The position numbers and the translations under genes are program-made. Positions 16,906 through 27,997 of a DNA stretch of 39,041 nucleotides are shown in pieces. The notes under the pieces are model-generated. The model made no database searches. It worked only from the letters and a program-made list of their open reading frames with translations, and had not been told where the DNA came from. This DNA is from an uncultured bacterium. Lineage in GTDB: Bacteria; Planctomycetota; UBA1135; GCA-002686595. Positions within the stretch are counted from its first letter, which is position 1, and every line of letters starts with the position of its first letter. Location: the NCBI GenBank assembly GCA_913058555.1, contig CAJXRJ010000001.1, positions 1 through 39,041 on the forward strand. Direction: 5' to 3'.

Positions 16906-18944
16906 CCGTTGCGCCGCCCCTTGATGCGCTTCTTGTTCAGCAGGTACACAGGCGACAGGGGAAACTCCTTGCGGATGCGGCTGTAGATCACCGCCGCCTC
17001 CTTCTTCTTGCCGTCGTTCCAGAGCTTGTCCGCATCCTTCAGGAGCTGCGCGGCGTCGTTAGAACTGCCGAGGATGCCCTCGGCGGCCTTCTTCACGGCG
17101 TCGCCCGTGTCCGATACGTTGCCACCGATGATGCCGCCAATCGCCTTGGCCGCTTCGTCTTCGAGGTTGCCGCCGATCTTGCCGCCGATCTTCCCTTCGA
17201 GGGACTCCTTCAGCTTGCTCTTTTGCTTCTCGAGTTCACTCTGAAGCTTCTTTTGGGCCGCCCGCTGGGCGAGCCCCGTCAGGGCACCCGCCAAGTTGAA
17301 GGTGGGGCTTGTGAGCGTTCCGCCGAGGGCCACCTCAAACGACTCCCCCGCGAGACTCCGGAAGACGCTGTTCTGCTGCGCCAGACCGCCCTCGATCGGA
17401 ACGACCCACTTCAAGTCGATGGACTGGTCGAGCCCCACGGACCCCACGAAGTTCGTTTGAGTGCCCTGGATGGTCCATGACCATGGGTTTGTGTACGCGA
17501 CGCGGCCCCCTTGCACGTTGAAGCCGAGCGGCTTCAGGCTGAAGCTCGGGTTGACCGGCTGGTCGAAGGCGGTCATGAGCTTGGCGAAGAACGGCGACGT
17601 CTTCACCAGGCCCTCACTCACGGAGAGATCCCCCGTTCCACGGAACGGCGCCTTGTCGAGGCTCGCCCAGCCGCCCTTCAGGGTCTCGAGGGGCAGCGGT
17701 GCGTCGTAATAGACTTGAACGCTGGTCGAGACGTGGGCGTCCAGGTTCGCCCCGTCGAAGGCGTTGGCCCCCGCGAAGACGGGATGCACCCGCGCGAGCA
17801 GCGGCTCGAGCCCGGCGGACGCCGCAAGCCCATCCACGCTGACGAGGGCCGCGAGCCCCGTTTCGCCGCCACCTTCCCAAGTCACATCGGTCACGACCTT
17901 GCCGTCGCGGGCCCGCAGGGACGCGATGAGGGTCGGCTCCGCGTCGCCTGGGGGTTTCTGAACGTCCGCGCTGAGGGTGATCAACGGATCCTCAAACTTG
18001 AAGGCCTCGCCGCCCTCTTGGGGCATGTCGAGCTTGAGGTCCCTCAGGGTGCCCGCGACATCCAGAAGGACGCGGGACTCAGGTCGCATTTCATCGGCGC
18101 TGCCCCGGATGGTCAGGTCCATCTCCCCCTCGATCTCGCTCCCCTCTTCCAAAGGACTGCCGGCAATCGCCATGAGCTCTTTCAGCACGCCGAGCTCAAG
18201 CCCCTTGACGGACGCCTCGTCGAGACGAGCGCCGGGCCCAGCATCGGCCCAGAGCGCCGCACGGAAGGTGAAGTCCCCCGCGCTGCCATCGCCGCCCGCC
18301 AGGACCGCGTCCCCATCCAGGGTGATTTCACGCTCGCCGCCGTCGAGACCGATGCGGAAGTTCGCGTCGCGAATCTGCAGCGCCCGGGTGCTGTCGCGCA
18401 CGGTGAGCGTCGAGCGCAGAAACTCCAACCGGCCGTGGAGGTCCGGCGGCGACTTCGCGTCGGAGCCGTCGTCCTCCGCCGTGTCGTCCCCGGCGTCGTC
18501 GGGCATCTCCTTCAGAAGCTCCGCCAGGTTCCACTCGCCGTCATCGGAACGCACCAGCTCCAGCTCGGCGTCCTCCATCAGGAAGGCCAGGTCCTTCTTC
18601 CCGGTCATGAGCGAGCGCAGCCCGATGTCCGCCCGGGCGCTCGGCACCCGCGCGACCATCTGACCGGCCTCGTCCTCGATCACGAGGTCCTCGAGGTGGA
18701 GCTTTCCATTGAGCGAGAGCGATAGGCCCGCGAGGGTGACCCGGCCGTGGATCCGCTCCGTTGCCCGTCGCTCGACTTCGCCGCGCAGCCATTTGGAGGC
18801 GAGGGGAGGGCCGAGGGCAAGGAGCGCCACCATCAGGAGGAGCAGTGCCACGAGGGCCCGCCGCAAGAAGCGGGACTTCTTCTTCTGGGGAGCGGCGCCC
18901 TGGGGCTCCATGGAGACGAGGGTGGGGTCGGGAGGAGAATCCAT
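16902..18944 (-). CDS. AsmA-like envelope protein
   Basis: Basic N-terminus plus TM helix, amphipathic beta-strand repeats, LELVRSDDGEWNLAELL, C-terminal GSVGLDQSIDL...VALGGTLTSPTF. Start 18944 or 18911; the longer ORF to 19688 is antisense to hemH. Confidence 0.8.
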   Translation of the reverse strand: MDSPPDPTLVSMEPQGAAPQKKKSRFLRRALVALLLLMVALLALGPPLASKWLRGEVERRATERIHGRVTLAGLSLSLNGKLHLEDLVIEDEAGQMVARVPSARADIGLRSLMTGKKDLAFLMEDAELELVRSDDGEWNLAELLKEMPDDAGDDTAEDDGSDAKSPPDLHGRLEFLRSTLTVRDSTRALQIRDANFRIGLDGGEREITLDGDAVLAGGDGSAGDFTFRAALWADAGPGARLDEASVKGLELGVLKELMAIAGSPLEEGSEIEGEMDLTIRGSADEMRPESRVLLDVAGTLRDLKLDMPQEGGEAFKFEDPLITLSADVQKPPGDAEPTLIASLRARDGKVVTDVTWEGGGETGLAALVSVDGLAASAGLEPLLARVHPVFAGANAFDGANLDAHVSTSVQVYYDAPLPLETLKGGWASLDKAPFRGTGDLSVSEGLVKTSPFFAKLMTAFDQPVNPSFSLKPLGFNVQGGRVAYTNPWSWTIQGTQTNFVGSVGLDQSIDLKWVVPIEGGLAQQNSVFRSLAGESFEVALGGTLTSPTFNLAGALTGLAQRAAQKKLQSELEKQKSKLKESLEGKIGGKIGGNLEDEAAKAIGGIIGGNVSDTGDAVKKAAEGILGSSNDAAQLLKDADKLWNDGKKKEAAVIYSRIRKEFPLSPVYLLNKKRIKGRRNG

Positions 18945-19173
18945 AGGAAGCGAGGCCACAGGGGGGCGAACGGCCCGGGAATCGATCCGGGCTGGGCCCT
19001 TATCGTGCGCCGCAGAAGGTGCGTCGCAGGGGGAACCGGGGGAAAATTCGCGGCGGCAGCGCCATTCACATCCACCGAGCCGCGCGAACCTGGCGTCCCC
19101 GAACGACCGCAAGGCGAAGATCGCTGGACGAATCCCCGTTGAAGCCCCGCGGCCCGGACCGCACTCTCCTCCC

Positions 19174-20313
19174 ATGACCCCCATGAACGTCGACGGCCCG
19201 CCGCAGTCCTCTCCTCCTTCCGAGGACGCTGCGTCCCTTGCAGCTGCATCCCCTGCGGCCGCCTCGCGCCACCCCGGACAAGGGGGATTTGGCAAGCCGG
19301 GCGTGCTGCTCATCAACCTCGGCACGCCCGATGCACCCCAGACCCCCGAAGTGCGCCGGTACCTGCGGGAGTTTCTCTCCGACCCCCGGGTCATCGACAT
19401 CAACCCGGTGGGCCGGGCCGCGCTCCTCAACCTGATCATCCTCCCCCTGCGCCCGGCCAAGTCCGCGGCCGCGTACAGGGAAGTCTGGACGGACGAAGGC
19501 TCCCCGCTGCTGGTGTACGGCAAGGCCCTGGCAAAGGGCGTCGCCGAGAGGCTTCCGGAGGCGGAGGTGGTCCTGGCCATGCGGTACGGCAACCCGTCGA
19601 TCCAGGCGGGGCTCCAGGCCCTGGCCGACCGCGGCTGCGACGAAGTCGTGGTCTTCCCCCTCTTCCCCCAATACGCATCAAGCTCCACGGGCTCCGCCGT
19701 GGAGGCCGTTTACCGGGAGGCCGGGAAGCTCTGGAACACGCCCTTCATCCGCGTCGTTCCCCCCTTCTATGCGGACCCGACCTTCGTGGACGCCTTCGCC
19801 GAAGTGGCTCGCCCCATCCTGGCCGAGCGGGACTACGACCACGTCCTTTTCAGCTACCACGGTGTCCCGGAGCGTCACGTGACGAAGAGTGACCCGACCG
19901 GGGCCCACTGCAAGGTGAAGGCCGACTGCTGCGCCACCATCACGTCAGCCAACCGCCAGTGCTACAGCGCCCACTGCTACGCCAGCACCCGGGCCATCGC
20001 GGCGGCCCTGGACCTCGGACCCGAACAGCATTCCGTCGCCTTCCAAAGCCGCCTGGGCCGCACCCCCTGGATCCAGCCCTACACGGACGTCGTGGTCCCC
20101 GAGCTCGCCGAGAAGGGCGTTCGTAACCTCGCGGTCTTCTGCCCCTCCTTCGTGGCCGATTGCCTCGAGACCATCGAGGAGATCGGCATGCGAGCGGAGG
20201 AAGATTTCAAGAAGGCGGGCGGGGACGTGCTGACGCTCATTCCCTCTTTGAACGGGACCGAAGCCTGGCTAGACGGCGCCACAGCCCTCGTCAGGCGTCA
20301 TTTACCCTGCTGA
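19174..20313 (+). CDS. hemH: Protoporphyrin ferrochelatase
   Basis: GVLLINLGTPDAP, YLREFLSDPRV, AMRYGNPS, PLFPQYASSSTGS, FSYHGVPERH, FQSRLGRTPWIQPYT, FVADCLETIEEI. Start 19174 or 19183. Confidence 0.96.
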   Translation: MTPMNVDGPPQSSPPSEDAASLAAASPAAASRHPGQGGFGKPGVLLINLGTPDAPQTPEVRRYLREFLSDPRVIDINPVGRAALLNLIILPLRPAKSAAAYREVWTDEGSPLLVYGKALAKGVAERLPEAEVVLAMRYGNPSIQAGLQALADRGCDEVVVFPLFPQYASSSTGSAVEAVYREAGKLWNTPFIRVVPPFYADPTFVDAFAEVARPILAERDYDHVLFSYHGVPERHVTKSDPTGAHCKVKADCCATITSANRQCYSAHCYASTRAIAAALDLGPEQHSVAFQSRLGRTPWIQPYTDVVVPELAEKGVRNLAVFCPSFVADCLETIEEIGMRAEEDFKKAGGDVLTLIPSLNGTEAWLDGATALVRRHLPC

Positions 20314-20436
20314 TAGCGATACCTGGGGCCGCCGGGCGCGTCACATGACCACGGCAAATCCCCACGTGAGGGCCCAAGTCGCAAGAAACTCAAGGAAACA
20401 CCGGCGGGCATTTTGGCCCCCTGCGTTTAGCCCTAT

Positions 20437-20709
20437 GCACGGGTGGTCCGGAACCTCTCGCGCGCCAGGCTCGCCGAAGTCTGACTCTCCTCCCCATTCC
20501 CGTCCTGCCGGCCGGAAACAGGGCGTTGGGTCGGTCTTTTCCGCACCCGTGTCCCCCGGGTGAGGCCCTTGGACTGCTAACCAAGGGCCAAAGCGGAACC
20601 TGAAGCGCGGAGATTCGGAGAGACGGTTCGCCTACCGAGGCCAGCCTAGGCTGCCTGCCTTTGGCCCCTATTCCGCCGAGAGAGACGGAATGGGGGCCTC
20701 TCCTTTTGT
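20437..20709 (+). ncRNA. Candidate structured non-coding RNA, family not recognised
   Basis: Within a 521-nt intergenic gap with no credible ORF; several nested and consecutive helices end in a terminator-like hairpin (see findings). Confidence 0.35.
20663..20709 (+). terminator. Intrinsic terminator-like hairpin
   Basis: 13-bp stem GGCCCCTATTCCG/CGGAATGGGGGCC (one G-U pair) followed by TCTCCTTTTGT. Confidence 0.65.
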
Positions 20710-20761
20710 CGCGGCGGCCGCCGCGGGCCCGGCGAGACGCTGTGGCGCCGACATGGGACGA

Positions 20762-20783
20762 CATATCAACTTATCGAGATATG
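20762..20783. promoter_or_regulatory. SahR-type operator palindrome upstream of the sahR-metH unit
   Basis: CATATC-AACTTATCGA-GATATG: AT-rich inverted repeat ~50 nt upstream of the regulator start, resembling the ATATC-N10-GATAT form of SahR sites as I recall them. Confidence 0.7.
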
Positions 20784-20834
20784 CATACATCTGGATGGAA
20801 GGATAGGCGATAGTTAGGGGCTCCAGACCCGCCT

Positions 20835-21794
20835 ATGTCCCTCTCCAGCACCTCCAGACTCCTCAAGGCCCTCGGCGACGAGACCCGACTCCGGCTCCTC
20901 AACCTGCTGCGGAAGGGTGAATTGGCGGTCGGGGAGCTCCAGGAGATCCTGAACATGGGGCAGAGTCGGATCTCGACCCAGCTGACCCACATGAAGGAGG
21001 TCGGCCTGGTCCGGGACCGGAGGGCGGGACGGCGCAGCTACTACAGCCTTTGCTCCGACGGGCCCCTCGAGCTGGTTGGGCAGGTCCTGGACGACGCGGA
21101 CCTCGCGCCCGAGTTTCGGGCTGATTTGGCGGGCTTCCAGGCGCTCATGGAGCGCCGCCGCAGGGAGTCTCGCTCCTACTTCGATCGGGTGGCCGCGGCT
21201 TTCGGGGAACAGGTCCTCCCAGGTCGCACCTGGGAAGGGCTCTCCCGTGGTCTCCTCAGGTTGGCCCCCAGGGCGAAATACGTGGACCTTGGGATCGGCG
21301 ACGGGATGCTGACGCTGATGCTCGCGGAGGTGGCCGAGTCCGTCACCGCCGTTGACCTCTCCCCTGAGATGCTCCGCCAGCTCGACACCCGCGCGCGCGC
21401 GAAGAGCATCAGCAACATCGAAACGGTCGAAGCCGACATCGAGGCCCTCCCGATGGAGGACGGGTTGTTCGACGTCGCCGTCCTGAGCCAAGCGCTGCAC
21501 CACGCCAGTGACCCAGCGCTCTGCTTGGCCGAAGCGCGGCGCGTGCTCAAACCCGGGGGCAAGCTGCTGCTCCTCGACCTACTCGCCCACGGCGAGGAAT
21601 GGGTTCGAGACCGATTGCAGCACCGCCACCTTGGATTCACCGAGGGCGACCTCCTGCGCCTCGTCTCCCAGGCCGGATTTGACGACGTCGCCATCGAGCG
21701 CGCCGCACGCGATCCCCAGCCGCCCCATTTCATGACCCTTCTCGCCACTGGCACTGCGACGAGGGCTCCCCTACTCACTTCTCCCCTTCGATAG
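20835..21794 (+). CDS. sahR: ArsR-family HTH plus SAM-binding methyltransferase-domain regulator (SahR/SamR type)
   Basis: LKALGDETRLRLLNLL..GELAVGEL..IL.MGQSRISTQL..MKEVGLV..RR.G; C-terminal VDLGIGDG, AVDLSPEML, QALHHA.DP, HLGF; directly upstream of metH. Confidence 0.88.
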   Translation: MSLSSTSRLLKALGDETRLRLLNLLRKGELAVGELQEILNMGQSRISTQLTHMKEVGLVRDRRAGRRSYYSLCSDGPLELVGQVLDDADLAPEFRADLAGFQALMERRRRESRSYFDRVAAAFGEQVLPGRTWEGLSRGLLRLAPRAKYVDLGIGDGMLTLMLAEVAESVTAVDLSPEMLRQLDTRARAKSISNIETVEADIEALPMEDGLFDVAVLSQALHHASDPALCLAEARRVLKPGGKLLLLDLLAHGEEWVRDRLQHRHLGFTEGDLLRLVSQAGFDDVAIERAARDPQPPHFMTLLATGTATRAPLLTSPLR

Positions 21795-21890
21795 GCCCAT
21801 CGGCCCGATCCCGTCCGCACCGCGCGCAGCGAGGTGATTCGCGATCCCACCGGCATCGACCCGCCTGCTATCCGAAGACCTAATCTCCTG

Positions 21891-25655
<3,765 letters not shown>

Positions 25656-25715
25656 GCAGGCCGAATCCAGGCCAGTCCTCATCCCCCGGGGAGCGCCGCG
25701 CGAACCCCGGGGGAC

Positions 25716-25892
25716 ATGTTTGGATTCAAGAAAGACCCCGTGGCGAAGCTCCGCAAGGAGTACGAAGCCTGCATGAAAGCCGCCACTGACCTCCAGCGCA
25801 CAGGGGACATCAAAGGCTTCGCCGAGAAGTCCGAGGAAGCGGCCGCCATAGAAAAGCGGCTCATCGCCGCGGAACAGGCGGCCTCGAAGTAG
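25716..25892 (+). CDS. Small protein, DUF6435/Lacal_2735-like (58 aa; absent from the ORF track)
   Basis: Hand translation MFGFKKDPVAKLRKEYEACMKAATDLQRTGDIKGFAEKSEEAAAIEKRLIAAEQAASK*; the MFG.KKDP..KL.K.Y...QR.GDI pattern matches this family; fills the gap after metH. Confidence 0.85.
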   Translation: MFGFKKDPVAKLRKEYEACMKAATDLQRTGDIKGFAEKSEEAAAIEKRLIAAEQAASK

Positions 25893-25961
25893 GCCCTGGC
25901 CCGCCCCGCCGAAGGTGGACGGGATGATCGAACTGCGCCGCCTTGTTGCTACGCTCCGTGC

Positions 25962-26459
25962 ATGCAGGGAGACGTACTACTCGGACGCTGGAACAAGGCC
26001 AAGGGCTCCAAGCTCGGGCGATTTCTCTTCAGCCGCGCCCTGGGACTCGCTGTCCCCTACTCGGGGTCCATCCGGCCCCAGGTCCTCGAGCTAGAGGCGG
26101 GGCGGGCCGCCGTCGCCATGGCGGACCGCCGCCGCGTTCGCAACCACCTGCGCTCGATCCACGCAATCGCGCTCGTGAACCTCGGCGAGGTGTCCAGCGG
26201 GCTCGCGCTCCTGGCGGGGCTCCCGAGCACCATGCGCGGGATCGTGAAAGGCCTCGAGATTGACTATCTCAAGAAGGCGCGGGGCCGCCTCGTCGCCCAC
26301 TGCTCGGCGGACATTCCGGAAACGGCCGTCAGCCAGCAAGTCACGGTGACGGCGCACATCATGGATCCGCAGGGAGACGAAGTCGCCACGGTCCGCGTGC
26401 ATTGGCTCGTGGGCCCGACAAAAGAAGCCCAAGCAACGTCGAAGGGAGACAATCAATGA
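25962..26459 (+). CDS. Hotdog-fold thioesterase (DUF4442/PaaI-like)
   Basis: VPYSGSIRP, VRNHLRSIHAIALVNLGE, IDYLKKARG. Confidence 0.9.
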   Translation: MQGDVLLGRWNKAKGSKLGRFLFSRALGLAVPYSGSIRPQVLELEAGRAAVAMADRRRVRNHLRSIHAIALVNLGEVSSGLALLAGLPSTMRGIVKGLEIDYLKKARGRLVAHCSADIPETAVSQQVTVTAHIMDPQGDEVATVRVHWLVGPTKEAQATSKGDNQ

Positions 26460-27448
26460 GCGCGACCACCGAAGAGTTCTGCCGCCTGGCTAACGTCGAG
26501 GTGCCCTTGATCTGCGGCGCGATGTACCCGTGCAGCAACCCTGAACTTGTGGGCGCCGTGGCCGCCGCAGGGGCCATGGCGATCGTCCAACCACTTTCCC
26601 TTGTCTACGTCCACGGGCGCGATTTCCGGGAGGGGCTGAAGGAGACCCAGAGCCTCGCCGGGGGAAAACCCATCGGCTTCAACGCGATCATCGAGAAGTC
26701 GGCGAAGGCCTACGAGAACCGCATGCGCCAGTGGATCGACATCTCGCTCGAGGAGGGCGTGCGCTTCTTTGTGACGGCGCTCGGCAACCCGTCGTGGGTC
26801 GTTGAGAAGGTCCACGAAGTCGGTGGCACGGTGTTCCACGACGTGACGGAGCTCAAGTGGGCGAAGAAGGCCGTGGACGCGGGCGTCGATGGGCTCATCT
26901 GCGTCAACAAACGCGCCGGCGGCCACGCCGGCACGCTCTCTCCAGAGCAGCTCATGGAGGACCTCTCCCCCCTCGGCCTGCCGCTCGTCGCGGCGGGCGG
27001 TGCGGGCGATGAGACCGAGTACGCGCGCCTTGTGAACCTCGGCTACGGCGCCGTGCAGATGGGCACCCGCTTCATCGCCACGGAAGAATGCCAGGTGCAC
27101 AAGGACTACTGGGACGCCATCATCAAGGCCAAGGAGGACGACATCGTCTTGACCGAGCGGCTCTCGGGCGTGCCGGTCGCCGTCATCAATACGCCGCTTG
27201 TGCAGAAGGTCGGCACCAAAGCCGGCCCCATCGCGCGGCGTCTGCTCAAGGGCCGACGCACAAAGCACTGGATGCGCACGTTCTACGCGCTCAAGTCCCT
27301 CCGCGAGCTGAAGAACACCATCAAGAAAGGCGTGACCTACAAGGACGTGTGGCAGGCGGGCAAGAGCGTGCAGGGCATCAACGCCGTCGAGCCGGCCGGC
27401 GAGGTCGTCCGTCGCTTCGCCAAGGCGATTCAGGGCACGGGCCCATGA
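26456..27448 (+). CDS. Nitronate monooxygenase family (NMO/FabK-like) flavin oxidoreductase
   Basis: PLICGAMYPCSNPELV, AGVDGLICV..RAGGHAG, PLVAAGG, AVQMGTRFIATEE, WQAGKSV; ATGA overlap with the upstream gene. Confidence 0.92.
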   Translation: MSATTEEFCRLANVEVPLICGAMYPCSNPELVGAVAAAGAMAIVQPLSLVYVHGRDFREGLKETQSLAGGKPIGFNAIIEKSAKAYENRMRQWIDISLEEGVRFFVTALGNPSWVVEKVHEVGGTVFHDVTELKWAKKAVDAGVDGLICVNKRAGGHAGTLSPEQLMEDLSPLGLPLVAAGGAGDETEYARLVNLGYGAVQMGTRFIATEECQVHKDYWDAIIKAKEDDIVLTERLSGVPVAVINTPLVQKVGTKAGPIARRLLKGRRTKHWMRTFYALKSLRELKNTIKKGVTYKDVWQAGKSVQGINAVEPAGEVVRRFAKAIQGTGP

Positions 27449-27984
27449 AAGACAGCAAACGGTTCTCGAAGTTCCTGAGCCTCGTCCTCCGGCACCGGCC
27501 TGAGCTCATCCAGTTGAAGCTCGACGGTGAGGGGTGGGCCGACGTCAGCGACGTGCTCACGGGCGCCAAGGGAAAGGGCTTCGACGTGGACGCAGCGGAC
27601 CTCGCGGAGGTGGTCGCGACCTGCGACAAGCAGCGCTACGCCCTGTCTGGCGACGGCACCCGCATCCGCGCCAACCAGGGACACTCGGTCAAGGTGGACC
27701 TCGCCCTCGCCCCCGTGGCGCCCCCCGAGGAGCTCTTCCACGGCACCGTCGATCGCTTCCTCGATTCCATCCGCCACCACGGCCTGCAGAAGCGAGGGCG
27801 ACAGCACGTGCACTTGTCCAAAGACAGAGTGACCGCCACCGCCGTGGGCAACCGCCGGGGCAGCGCGGTGCTCCTCGTGATCGATGCCGCGGGCATGTCG
27901 GCCGCAGGGCACCTGTTCTACTGCTCGGCGAACGGCGTCTGGCTCGTCGATGCGGTGCCGCCCGAGTTCATCAGCGGGCTCTGA
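27445..27984 (+). CDS. kptA: RNA 2'-phosphotransferase (Tpt1/KptA)
   Basis: SKFLSLVLRH, DKQRY, RIRANQGHS, LFHGT, RQHVHLS, NGVWL; ATGA overlap with the upstream gene. Confidence 0.96.
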   Translation: MKDSKRFSKFLSLVLRHRPELIQLKLDGEGWADVSDVLTGAKGKGFDVDAADLAEVVATCDKQRYALSGDGTRIRANQGHSVKVDLALAPVAPPEELFHGTVDRFLDSIRHHGLQKRGRQHVHLSKDRVTATAVGNRRGSAVLLVIDAAGMSAAGHLFYCSANGVWLVDAVPPEFISGL

Positions 27985-27997
27985 TCGTCATCGGCCC

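Noticed and set aside
18945-19688. N-terminal extension of the 928-aa ORF, and similar extensions of ORFs 986.., 8561..9994, 9784..11586, 18709.. and 27998..30346
   Set aside because: They overlap real genes on the other strand or in another frame and are low-complexity Arg/Pro/Ala; homology and TM positions support the downstream starts.
20461-20480. SAH riboswitch suggested by CCAGGCTCG
   Set aside because: The upstream GAGGAGCGCTGC-type element and the downstream pseudoknot partner are missing, and it lies over 350 nt from the next start.
20345-20764. ORFs 20345..20563 (+) and 20390..20764 (-) as real genes
   Set aside because: No recognisable motifs or typical composition; they run through strong hairpins and the operator region.
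20770-20807. SAM-I riboswitch suggested by CTTATCGAGA...GATAGG (P1-like) upstream of methionine genes
   Set aside because: Under 30 nt separate the arms, and the P2 kink-turn, GCAACC and GTGC core elements are absent; better explained as the SahR-like operator.
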